A stretch of DNA of 64,000 bases from Polymyxa betae A26-41 (lineage: Eukaryota > Protista > Endomyxa: Phytomyxea), in NCBI GenBank assembly GCA_003693705.1, contig RBZT01000667.1:1-64000 (forward strand). The letters run 5' to 3'. Each line of letters starts with the position of its first letter. Position 1 is the stretch's first letter. Below, piece by piece: positions 25,401 to 38,280 of this stretch. A program made the translations under genes and the position numbers. A model generated the notes under the pieces. The model worked only from the letters and a program-made list of their open reading frames with translations. It was not told the origin of the DNA and did no database searches.

Positions 25401-28400
25401 ATGCCGGCATTGAAGCGCAACGCACACGACGCCCATTTCTGTACCAGGCCACGGATTAAGGTCAGGTGGTACTGGATCTTGGATTCGGGCTGAGTTTGAT
25501 CGCCGATATCATCCGCAACCGACATCAGATGCTGGGTGAACCGCGACGCCGATTCCGTATCCGACGGGACGAAAGTCCAGTCGTGTAGGAACATGCTGGC
25601 CAAATCGGCCCTGTCCAGCGTCAGTACGATTCGCGACAAAAGTTGGGTATGGTAAGTTACAGGAGGTAATGAAATCCGACACCACCAATACTATCCGAGG
25701 TAATAACAGCGACGATGTCGGCGAACAGGAACTCGGCGTAAGGCGCGAACTCCGCCGGGCAGTTCAAAACAAGTTTGAGAACCAGAAGGCGGACCTGGAC
25801 GACGACACTGGACGACCTCATCATATCGCGTATCTGATGCACCCATAACGGCGTCGACGTCTGGGGATCGGCACCGAATCGTCGGCTCAGTTCGCGAATG
25901 AGATTGATCAGAGCCGGCATGGCCCCCAATGCGTTTAACGGATCCAGTTCCATTTGCTGAGCTGGCCCCGGAGCGGGTTCATCAGCCGCTATCACGGCAC
26001 CCAAATATGCCTCCTCACGCAGCATGAGTAGGTCTTGGCTTAGCGAGGTCGAAGAGAGCCGTACACGGGTCGCACGGCGTCGTACTGGTGGCGGTGGTTC
26101 CGAATCGGCCGCCGCCGCCATTGTTACGGCTGAGATCGGGAAAGTCATATCAATGGTGAAGCTCGGTGCCCAGAAACGATCGACCAATTGCGACCAGGTC
26201 GGGTCCGATCTGGTCTCGTTCAAGCACAGACCGACTATGAGTTTCTCGGGAGTTGACTGCGCGTCCGGAGAGGGGCGTGATAGAAGGAGAGCGCACAGAC
26301 AGCTGTAGGCGGCGGTGTGATATAAACGATCCAATTCAGGATCGTCCGGTGTCATCGCGGTCTTCAAATGGTCGGCGCATTTCTTGCAAGCCGACTTCAG
26401 GTCGGTCTGCAGCGCTGCCAACACCAGTTGACGCTCGTCTTGGAAACGCTCAAGCAGGGCGCGGATGATGTCGAAGGCACCGCGGGATGAGACCACATCG
26501 CCGGAGTCTGTCAGCTGCCAGATCGATCGGGCGTGCTGCGATACGAAGACGCCAACGACCCCGCGAACCGATCGCATAACGAACGGGACCAGGAAAGTAT
26601 CGGCGATGAAGGCGCGAGCGTTATCGTGCCGAGATCGATCGATGTTCGGGTTGGAGAAGAGGCGAATGGCCCAATGAGCCCAATAGAGGCCGTCGCTGCG
26701 GCCCAATGACGATGACGACAGCACCGAGACCAGGCTCTGCATGCACGAATCGATCGCCGCCTGCTGACGATGATGACGTTCGCGGACGATGCCAAGTAGC
26801 GATTCAAGGAGTTCCGGTCGGCGACAGAACACAAGAATGTCAAGGATTTTGGTGAGGAGCGCAGCGCAGCGCAGGTTGACGGGCGTACCGGCCTCGATGT
26901 CGATCGATTTCTGCGGCCACGGCGCCGATGTGGTTAGGCGACGAATCGAGTCAGAGAGCGTTTGATCGATGGCGTCCGACGAACTGCCGACCGTGAATAT
27001 ATGTCGGACGACGTCGAGAACATCATCGACAACTGGATCATGCTCCGATGCGAGACATTGGTCGCAGAACTTTACGATCAACTGAAGTCGTGGCTGGTGA
27101 CGATCGGCAACCAGTGACGGATCCCAGACGCAAATGCGGTGCAGAAAACGAGTCTGCGCGCGAACGTCTTCCACGTTACTAGACAGCTGATCCGGCAGAA
27201 ATTTGCAGAACGAGTCCAATGCAGCGATGATACGTTGCCTGTCGTCGGGTTCGTAAGGGCGCAGTTTCAACAAGACCTGCTCAAATCCATCAAACATGAT
27301 CGAGCGCAGATCGGAATGGGAATCGAAATTGCTGAACAGCGAACGAACCAAATCCGAGATGAGACTCAGGGAGCGATGCCGGAATAAATGAACGGAGACT
27401 GCGGTCGAGCATGAAACGCGAAACGGTTCGCTGGCGCGGATCAACTGGAACAGTTTCTGCTCTGATAGGCCGATTTCCAAGGTCAGGCCCAATATAGCAC
27501 AAGCTTGTTCATATTGTGTTGGCTCGATAGATAGGTTAGATAGCTGCGCAGCTAAACGTTCGGCAACGGTCGCTATATGCAATACCAGTGTGCCGTTCGA
27601 GCAGAGAACGAGCAGTGCGTGAACTAGATGGATACGATCAAGGAGATCGGCGGCCGAGACCTTCTCCAGATCGAATCTGCAGCAGCGCCGGATGCGACCG
27701 GCATCGATCCGGATACCACCCAGAGCACGGCGGACAGCTGTGGTGAGGTCGTGGCCGTCATGGTGCTTGCAGAATAGCACCCGAATAGCGAAGTCGACGA
27801 CGATGTCGCCGTTCAGATCGATCGCATCGACGACCTCAAATAACGATTGTAAAGAGGCGGGTTCGATCGGCGCTGGATCTTCACATGAGCCCAGAAACTG
27901 TAACAGACGCTGTTTGAACTCGTTGTTGACGACCGGCAAGGAATGAGATATGCCCCAACGGACCAGCTGCAGAGTACAAACAAAATCGAGATCATCTTTC
28001 AACGAACGGGAGATGACGGCGCGGAACTGCTCTAGATCAATCAAATCGGGGGCAGAGCCGTGGCCGGGCAAGATGGAATCGAACGCCTTTATAAACACAG
28101 CCTGGTGCTTGCAATGGTTGCGAACGATCTGCGACGCAATCCAGCGAAGAAGATCAGATAGGCTGTAGCATGTGGACATCCCCGACCGAGAGAGATCTCG
28201 ATCTTGCAGGAGATGGGCCTTACCGTGGTTCGGATCGGCAATGATACGAAGAAAATAGCCCAGAGTCCGTTCTGAGATCCGGGCCAATAGTGATCGGGTC
28301 TCGTTAAGTTCCAGCTCCATCAGCGTCATGCTGGCCAGCAGGTCATGTACGATACGTAACGTGAATTCGGCTACGAGATCGTTACGCTCACGGAAGGCGC

Positions 28401-31400
28401 GATAGATCCGGGATAGGATGCCATACGCTCCTAGACGTTTGCCACGTTCCTGGCGACGACATAAGGCGCAAACCCGCCTGAGCAAAGTTCGGACGGTGTC
28501 GAGGCGCGAAAACTTGAGCTGCCATTTGAAGCATTCGGCGATGGATTTTGACCCGATATCCCGTAACGCTGCATTACTGGAATCGCAAGCGGCATTCATG
28601 AGAGCGCTCAGCAGACCCTGGTCGTTATCACTCTGTGAGTACCAATGACATAGCTGTAGGGTCAGGGTTCGGAATGGGGTCGCCACCGAGACATCCACAT
28701 CCACCGATAAGCGCAGCGCGATCGGGAACAGATTTGAATAGATTTTCTGGAGCGGAGAAACGCGCCGTTTCCGCGGGTCGCGAGCATCGTCACAAACGCA
28801 TTTAATAATGATCGCGTGGAGATATTCGGCCGCCGAGATCTTCAGCTGACGGTCGGATGAACGTACGGCGATGTCGCAGGCGGCTGACAGGAACCGATCG
28901 AAAGTGATTGGAAGCGAGGCGCTTCTACTGAATGGCAGATCGAAATGGAGATGTAGAAGGGTATCCCAGGCATGACTGACAGACGCTTGATGCCACGATT
29001 GCGAGATGGTCTCTGGAGTGAGACCAAGCTGACCAATTAGCAGAAAAATTCGTGTTTGTAACGTCGAACTCCTGAATCATACAGGGTGAAACGTGGGTTC
29101 AGTGGGTGGTGAACGTTACGTACGTTGCATTCGATCGAATATATGAAAGGAGATAGTCGAGGATCGGCATCAAATCAGATCGCACTCGATTCGGGTCGGT
29201 CGTCCAGCTGCTTAATGTATGGACAGCAAGTTCGGCAAATTTCTCATGTAGCAGACCGATTTCGAGACTGCGCTTGATTGCAGGCAGAAGGCTGAGTCGT
29301 GAGACTATCGTGAACTATTGAGCACCATTATGATGCTTGTTATAATCCTACCGATGTTTTCAGGTACATTCAGAATGAATTCCAAATACACGAAGAGCAG
29401 CTCGTTTTCCAGATTCCCAATGCGAGCTAAGGCAATAGAGGCGACATCGCGAAGAGCATATGGTTGAGCATACCCTGTAAGCAGACTGAGAATCCATGCC
29501 AACAAGGGAACATTTTTGGAACGAATACCGTGTTCTCGACAGATAGTAACAATGCAGCCTAATAGCTTCAAACTACCAGATATATTCGGAGACGTATTCA
29601 GAAGCGGAACAACATGGTTGAAGAACTCGACACTATAGGGCCCGAACCATCGTGGCTGAACCAACGGCAGAAACGATAGACAGAAATCGACCTGGAACGG
29701 GTCACACAAGACCGCCATACTGCAGACGTATGTAATACCAAATTCAGAAAGACGGTGAAATCGTTGGGATTGGAGGGGATCGCCGAATCGCCGCCACCTT
29801 CTGATATGCTGATATCCAGTCGTGATAGAATCTGAGGAACGCGAATCATCAGAGGCAAGTGCTGCGTAAACGACCGGAAAATGTACCTTTAGAAGAGACC
29901 CGATCACCATGGAATAGATATACTTACGAGCTGGTTCAAGTAATGGCCAAACTTCAGATCGAAGTCCTCGCTGCCAATTTTCCATATCTGATACAAGCCA
30001 TTTCATCCAGAGATCGACATAATCCTCATACTCTTGACGCCCTGTTGGTTTACGGACAGCATTAAGCGACAAAACTAACGCTTGAAACACCGTCTGACGA
30101 CAACAATGAGCATACAAAAATTGGAGTGTTGCGGTAATGAATCGAACCGAGGAGAAGATCCGGTTGATAAGCGTGACTGATTGAGAAGAGACTACAGTCA
30201 ACCGGAGTAACGCTAGACAGTTCTCATCACGTCGTTTCGCATACATGGATGGAAACGAAGCAAATAGCCGAACTGATCATTAATGAGCTGATGAGAGCCT
30301 GTATTCATCCGTCGTCTACCGAGCATGGCTTGAAGAGAAACAATCGACGAACTGTCGGGATCGTTGACGTACTGGACCATCATTGCGATTGACGAAACGA
30401 ACGAGGAGAAATTGGCGGTCCGTAAATCGAGGTCTTGATTGTCAGAGGCAATATAGACGCGCTGCCACCACTCCAAGATCTCTCCAATGTACTTACGCAG
30501 CTCGCCATCCTGTTTGTACGAGTAGATAGCTCCTGCAAACAGACCTAGATGCGGAAATCAGATGATGCTTCGACATCGGACACATCCATCATTGGTGAAT
30601 ACCAATGCCGCGAACTGCTGCGGTGATCCCCGAAGTATCTGATGAGAAACGTGGCATCATTGTAATCAGCTTGCGAATGACAAACTGGTGTCCAAATCCA
30701 ATCAGGCATAATGAAAACGAACAAATTGACAAATGTTTACAGAGTATAGCGAACCCATCTCTTCGCCCTCAGAACTATCACCAACTGCAACCGAGATCTG
30801 GGCCAGGCTTTCAATAAGTGTGTTGACGTACAGAAAGACTGTTGATGACCTCATAGATGACGCTGTCGAATGCCTGTGATCCATGATGGGAAATGTCTCG
30901 GTTACGATGATAAACACAGCTCTGCAGCAGCGAAATGATCGTGGTCACACACGTCACGAACAGTGGACGAAAAAGCGTAGCTTGCTCGCTGAGCAGATCC
31001 AGCGCTGCCAATGGCACTCCATAACGTGTGTGCTCAGTAGATAAGATCGCACAAATTACCTGAATGAAAGCGACTCAGTGGCGGAAATACTAATCAGATA
31101 GATGAGCGACTTTAAAGACTGTGTCAAGCGAAGTGAAGTGCTCCGAGAACGAAGACAGGAATCCAGATAGGCCACGAAGGACGCCTTCCACGACCAAATT
31201 CGACGGCGATGTCAAATGTTTCGTGAAAATCATGTTCAGGAACTTTACTTGATCGGCTGTGACTTTGTCTGAATAGCGAGCCGAGATGACGCCAAATGCT
31301 TCTAGGACAAGTTTTCGAACTAATAAAAAAGAAATGTTGAAAACAGCATACACTCGACATTAAATTTGTATCAACCTGAATCGCTTTTCAACTTCGCCCA

Positions 31401-32003
31401 GGCTCTGGCCTCATCTATTAAAGTTGCTATAATGGCTGTCAAAGATTGCCGAGTAGAATCCGCTAGCTCATCGTCCTTGATGAGCAGAATAATAAGCTGA
31501 AGAGCAGACACGCGAACTCTATAAGAGCGATCGCTTCGAAACAGGATTAAACAAATTCCCTGCATGGCATTATCAATGAACAATTAACCCCACCCACAGG
31601 TAGGCTAGACGACTCACAATAAGAGGGTCAGCATATGCAGAGAATGCAGAACTAGAATAGGTTTCGTAGACTTTAGCGACTAAGTCAATGATAGATGCCC
31701 GAACAATGTCGAAAGGATTCGGGAGTAATTTAATTGCATCCAGGATTTTCAGTAGAGAATCATCACGATCCTGATTTAATAGAAGATCCTTTCCAGTTTC
31801 TGTCCAGTCGTATTATATTTTCAATAAACCACAAGTCCAAAATCCGCCCGACCAATCTCGGTCTTGTCAAGGTGTAGAGCTCGCTCCTGAACTGCATTGA
31901 ATCCGGCGTCAACCCGGTCGAGGTCTTGAGCCAGGCAGGCAGCGGCCAGCTCCGCCAGGTCAGCTGCCAGGATTGTGGCGGCAGGCACCACGAATCGCGA
32001 CAT
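19403..32003 (-). CDS. PRKDC: DNA-dependent protein kinase catalytic subunit, multi-exon
   Basis: PIKK kinase motifs WLVKGGE/DLRLDERI and ILGIGDRHLDN; FATC LSIEDQVQCLLDHSSDELILALTYEGWRPYV; YRPD motif YRTYRDGELPDVQ (about 23750-23788); long HEAT exons; ATG at 32003. Confidence 0.93.
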
Positions 32004-32671
32004 TGATACGTGATCGCAGCGAACGCCGGCCCGCTCGGAAACCGACTGCGTCAAAGTTTAAATGAATGTCATTCGGCCGCTCAATTTCTCGCTCATTCGT
32101 TAACTTTCGTCGAGCCTGATGAAACGTATTCATGTGCGATCTGGTGTAGCTAATGTTAACCTGGGAGGTATTTCCACTGTGAGTGGACCCCATGGGGTAA
32201 TTACCCCCTCATCTCGATACAAAGCGCCTGTCGCACCATTCGGGTCATTGTTCGACATCGCCTAGAGCAATAATATTAACCTGCAGTAACGCTCTTAGCG
32301 AAGGCGACTCGCTGATCAATCGTCTTCGATAACATAGCCATTCTTTGCTGAGTATTTGCAATTTTTTTACGCTAAATTGCCTCACTTATTGACTTTCGCC
32401 GATTTCGCTCTTTGAACGCGATTTCGCTGCACTTCGCTTTGGCCTAGTTGTCACTCTGGATTTAGCCCTGCTAATAAGGTCGGACCATGCATAACTGCCA
32501 TCGACTCTACATGGTTTGTACTGTTTTGTTACAAAGCTTGCTCAACGGGGGACGCCTCCATTATCCCACTTCTCTTCCGTTTGGAAAGTGTCCGAATGAG
32601 CGGCCTCGTCTTCATTATTCTGAGGCCATCTGTGCTTAAAATCTGTTCACTGATAGACATATCTGCTTATA

Positions 32672-34250
32672 ATGAAGGCGACAACGTCGGTCGTCCCTGA
32701 ACTCGGCATGACAGTGGATGAGTTTCGTCTTCGTGGTAAACTGATCGTCGATCGAATCGCCGACTATTATGAGTGAGGGGGATCATGTGTGGAAAAAGGA
32801 TGGTGAACCGATTCAAGGTCAATTGAATCCTATCGAGTCCGGCCCGAAACTATGCCTGGCGATTTACGGTCGCGATTACCAACAACGGCACCAAATGATC
32901 CCGAATCGTGGGATTCGATCGTGTCCGATTTCGATCAACTCATTATGCCTGGGGTGACCCATTGGCAATCGCCCCATTTTCATGCATACTTTCCAGCGCA
33001 GGTTTCCTTCCCAGCTTTGATCGGCGATATGCTCTCTGGCATGATCAATGCTATCGGATTTAGGTATTCCAGCGGCTATTAATTCTTCTCTTGGTCACGA
33101 GACATTTTAGTTGGATTGGGTGTCCTGCTATGACAGAATTAGAGATTGTTGTTATGGATTGGCTGTCTAACGCCATCGGCCTTCCAGAATCCTTCAGGTC
33201 AAAGTCGGGTGGCGGTGGCGTAATTCAAGGAACAGCAAGCGAGGCGGTGTTGGTCGCTGTGCTAACCGCTCGGGACGTTGCATTGCTTCGTGGCGTTGAT
33301 CCTGCAAAATTGACCGCATATCTGACGTCGCATCGACATGCTAGCTGTGATAAAGCATTGCATCTAGCGGGCATTTTGAATGTTCGTCTTGTGAATGACT
33401 CTGACCATCTTAAATCAGCTATTGACACCGACATCTCTCAGGTCAGTAAAGAATTTGTTGATTGAGGGAATCCTGAATCGCATTGTAGGGATTCCAACCG
33501 ATGTTTGTCGGTGTCACTCTTGGCTATACTTCCACAGCAGCATATGATGACCTTTCAGCAATAGCTGCTGTCTGCTCGAAGTATCCTGCTCTGCATCTTC
33601 ATGTAGATGCGGCATATGCAGGATCTGCACTTTTATGTCCTGAATATCGTTACATGATCAAGGGTGTCGAGCATGCGAGCAGCTTCAACTTCAATCCCCA
33701 TAAATGGATGCTGACGAATTTCGATTGTTCAGCATACTTTGTGACAGATCAGGTGGCGTTGCAGAACGCGATGTCCTCGGACATGTCTATTTACCATAAT
33801 CAATTTCGTGATCTTGATTTAAGAAACTGGACAATTCCGTTAGGACGGCGCTTTCGAGCTTTGAAGATTTGGTTCGTAATGCGCTCGTTTGGTATTAGCG
33901 GACTTCAAGCAAACATCAGACGCCAATGCTCTCAAGCCAAAAGGTTCGAAAAATTTGTGCTTGAAGACGAAAGATTCGAACTGTTCTGTCCATGCCACCT
34001 TGGGTTAGTCTGTTTTCGGTTTAGACCAATCGAAGGCCAGCTGCCGCAATCAACTAATCATCTCAATCTGGCTCTGATCGGTCTTCTTAACAATGACGGA
34101 CGAATCTTCCTCGTTCATTCTGCCATTAACGAAGTCAATTTTATCCGGTTTTGCATCTGTTCTGCATTAACCAGAGATGAACATGTCGACTTCGCCTGGG
34201 AGCAAATCTGCGAAGCTGCTAATCGTATTTTAAAAACCACATTTAGCTGA
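32672..34250 (+). CDS. DDC: PLP-dependent aromatic L-amino acid decarboxylase (group II), multi-exon
   Basis: IMPGVTHWQSPHFHAYFP, GGGGVIQGTASEA, HVDAAYAG, NFNPHKW (PLP Lys) and WTIPLGRRFRALKIW. Confidence 0.95.
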
Positions 34251-34259
34251 TTTCTTCCA

Positions 34260-36058
34260 TCAATCAATAGTTTTAGTGATTTCCGTGAGTAATCTTCCAA
34301 ATCGAATTGACATTTCTTGGTATATTTTGGCAGCTTCGGGATCCGGGTTTCTTGACAGCATTAACTGAGTCGTCGGTAGAAGTTCTGTGAATCCAGAGGT
34401 GCAAGCACAACCATGCTGGGCGCGTAATGCTGATCCCAAGCCCGCACTGTTTAGGCAACACTTAGTTGTATAAACTGGTGCATTGAACACGTTGGAGCAA
34501 ACGGTCAGTAACTCATGATTCACAGAAGCACCTCCTGTAACAACAATTCTCTCTGGTTTCACTCCAACCAGATTTGCATGCAGAAGCATTGATAAGAATT
34601 GACTTTCAACTAGAGCTCGCACCTGAGTTGCTGGCGAAATATCTTCTAGTTTAACAGAAGTATCATTCTTGTCGAATAAGAAAACACCGGTTCGTTGAAC
34701 ATCGGGAACAATTTCAGGTTTGAAATAAAAGAATCCAACAAAACCAGAATTCCCAGGCTCAGTGGATTGCAAACACGTTGAGAACGTATCCCAGCATCTG
34801 TTGGCTGCTCGATTACGGATTTCCTAAACGAACTGTCAGTGATAGAGCTTTTGAAAGACGGATTTTCCGACTTCTCTTGCTAAGGATCCGTTTTTTATGC
34901 AGAGAATTAACATATTTATGTCCGGATCCACAGGATTGGCAAGAATGCTGCCAGTAAAATCTAATCGGGCGTCTTTAGGGACAACAGCAAACACAGTATC
35001 TGACGTTCCGAGGGAAATTGCAACATCGCCAAGCTTGGAGATCCCTAATCCTGCCAGTGTGGAAGGATTATCACCTGTGAATGCAACAATCTGGCAATCT
35101 TTGGAAAATCCATATCGCTGGGCAAAGTAATTTGAAATAGTCCCCAATACTGCGAATGTCGGCACAGGATCCTCGCCTAATAGTTTTGAGAGTCGGGTAG
35201 AAGCATCAGGCCCAGCTGCTGCAGTGATCAGTGGTTGTGACCAACATCTCGTTTCCAAATTCATCAAGTTCATGCCGGATGCATCACTCTGATCTATAGA
35301 CGCAAATTTTCCTAAAAACAATGATGCCAACATCGAGGATAAAATAGATATTCTTCCACAGTTTTCAAAGACCTCTTTCGATTCTGCTACAATCTTCGAA
35401 ATTTGAATGCCGGTAAACCTTTCATAAGCTCGGGAACCACTAATCTGCGCTACGACCTACATACACTGACTGAGTTCGAGACGCATTGGCTGAATTGCCA
35501 TACCTTCGGGCCTCCCATACGCTCCTCAAAGCGCCGGCAGTAATTAGTGGTTGATGAGTCCATCCAAATTGGTGGATGGGTAATTGCAAAGCAGTCTTTG
35601 AGTTGATAATGCAAAGAGAAGCAAGGATCTAAGCATTCAAGACGTTGCTCCGCAGAAGTGTTCCAGAATGCAGCACCATGCTGCTGAGCACAACCGCTAA
35701 TCGCTACAATCCGTTTAACATTAACGAACATTCGCAATTCGTCAAGAATGTTATCAAGGGCTTCGATGAACATCAGAGTTGGCGCCACAACTGTGTTACC
35801 CGGTCCATGAATGACGCCAGCAACAGTTCCATAATGCGATAAAGCATCCTGATAATTTATCGATCTCTCGCAGATAACCGCTTGGTTCTCATCGATGACC
35901 ACAACTGTTAAACTCTGTGTTGAGCAATCAATGCCAAGATAGAGCCTTGACTGAGCTACAGATTGTTGCTTGGATGCAGAACGACGACGCCTGAGAATCC
36001 AGACTCCTAACCCGAGCAAGGCGACGGATGCATAGACGGTAGATCGTGCATATTGCAT
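34260..36058 (-). CDS. XYLB: Xylulokinase (FGGY family, eukaryotic XYLB/Xks1 type), multi-exon
   Basis: LYLGIDCSTQS, ISGCAQQHG, PIWMDSST, FTGDNPSTLAG, ISLGTSDT, VTGGASVN. Confidence 0.93.
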
Positions 36059-36168
36059 AACCCTCTGCGGTCTGTTGATACTTTACCACTGAAAGTGACT
36101 GTTCAGTCTATCTAGGGGGATTTATGTTACAATTCAATCCCGCAACGTTTCAAAGCGAAGAGAGGACA

Positions 36169-37830
36169 TGTCGGATGATAGAATCATATCTATTCCAGAT
36201 AGCACACATTCATCATTGCCTGATGAAGTTCGCTATAGGAGCTTCTCTAAGAACTGAGTTTGACAGGCGATGGGATGTCGCCCCAAATCAGGGGATTTGC
36301 TGCTAAGGCAATCTCGGCTCGATTTGGTATGAAGTAAGTGAAAAGAATTATTAATGAGTATGCTTATTAAACAATGATCAAGAGTACATCTCAGTTTGAA
36401 CAATGGTTGCATCTGTCAACATCTACAATGGGCGAATGCAGGTACATACATTATCCGCATTTGTTCGAGTCGTTTGCGAGCTTGAAAACTACAGCTATAA
36501 GCTCTCGAACAAAGCTAGAGCTAAAGTCGCCCGATGGGTAATGTCAATGATGATTTTGAATTAAAGTTTTAAGGTTTGCGATATGTCAGACAGAAAGGAT
36601 TGTTCAGTCGTTGTATGAAGGTGGCGAAAACAGAAGCCTCGCTATGGCGTATTTACGACTTTTGCTTGATCAAGTACAGAAAAGACACTTCAGAATCCCA
36701 TTCGATAAACAACCTTGTTTCCAGCGTCCCTTATGTCCACTGCCTTCTAGTTTGGTCAGTGAGACATCTTTGGATCTTGGCCAGTTTTGTTCTCAAAATC
36801 ATTTGGTAGTTACTGCATTCAATTGATTCACTCAACAACATGGACAGGCAGCGATTTCAATTCCATATTAAATGGAATAGGATTCTAAAGCAGCTGCTCG
36901 ATACCCCAAGGTTATTGACTGCTATGTCGAGCGTAAAATTCCAGCCAGGCATTGCTAACAAAAGCGACGAGAAAGAAATGAATGTCACTGATTCCGAACT
37001 GGGCTCTATAATGGCTAATATCGAGAAACTCCCTATATCGTTTCTCAGTAGATCTGCAAACGGTCTTCAAGAGGGAAGAAACCAGCAGTTTATTTTTCAT
37101 TCGGAAGTTACTAAGGAACCTAGTGTGTTGCACAACGCCAAAGCCAAAAATTATCTCAATGTTACACGAAGCGATTTAGAGGTCGCCAATAGAAATGTGA
37201 ACCATCTCTATCATAATGACAAAGTGGTACCACCATACAGCGAAGAACATGGAATTTCTACCAATAATCCTGCTATTGCGGCACAGCACAATCAGTATTC
37301 CAAGACTGCTTATTTTCAAGAGGGAGGAGAAATTTCGCAAATCAAACTGAGCTCAAGCTCTTGCTGTCACTGTTCGCATAAAGCAATCCCCATAGATATA
37401 GCTGAGGACAGTTTTCATTACGATCGAATTGCCAACATCTATCGCGAATCCAGTTCAAAGAAAGTCGCAATAGAACGTCGAGTTATGCACATTTTCCAGA
37501 ATAGCTTTAACAATGCATGAATACAGGCCTGGGATTCAGGCATCAGAAAAGAGGTTTATTACGGCTTGGTCAAAGCATCACGATTTGTCTGAAATTGCAA
37601 TTGCGGAGAGCATTATCTGATCTCGTTGTCACTGTCCTTCTGGCATTTCACAGTTAATAACGGCTAAAAACACACAGACGAATGCGCTCATAATAATGCA
37701 TATCAAGCCTTCATCGATGCTATTGTTGAGACACTGCTACAGCTCAGGCAAAAAGCAAGGCATCATGGTGGTCTCAATCTCATGAGAATAGTCAAACTTT
37801 GTAAAGAACATGCAGCATTGCAAACGTAAA
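36169..37830 (+). CDS. Hypothetical multi-exon protein
   Basis: A 226-aa open segment (36840-37520) flanked by short GT..AG-bounded segments. No recognised domain. Confidence 0.45.
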
Positions 37831-38280
37831 GCGGACGATGACCTGCTTTACGACCACTGACCGCTGAATAGCACCTTTAGCACGGATTATTACATTCAGC
37901 TCTTGTCATATCAGATTGGATCTGATTTGACTAGTTTAATGATATGAACGGGCGTTGCTGTGTCCATAACCACAAGGGCTGATGTACTCAGGCATGTCAC
38001 CTTGTGGTCGTCAGAAGCTCAATTTCGTTTTTAGACCTAAAAGTATTTCACCATCTGTAAGCAACTGTTTTGCAATTATTCTTTCCAAATTGCCAGCAAC
38101 TTGAAGCGCATACAGATCAACGCTGCCGCTAACAGATTTCATGAAGTTAGAGATGGCCAGATTGGCCTCCAGTCATTCTGTGAAGTACCTGAAATCTGCA
38201 ATTTCTACCATCTGGTCATCATATCATGATTGACCAGCTGCATTGAGCTTTGCCGCGACCTCGGAACGACCTGGACAACG

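Noticed and set aside
20364-31583. Many broken ORFs suggesting a frameshifted or pseudogenised DNA-PKcs, or an alternative genetic code
   Set aside because: The breaks I checked are explained by GT-AG introns of about 45-55 nt (e.g. HCIR|SVRRP near 20700-20745), and conserved genes end at standard stops.
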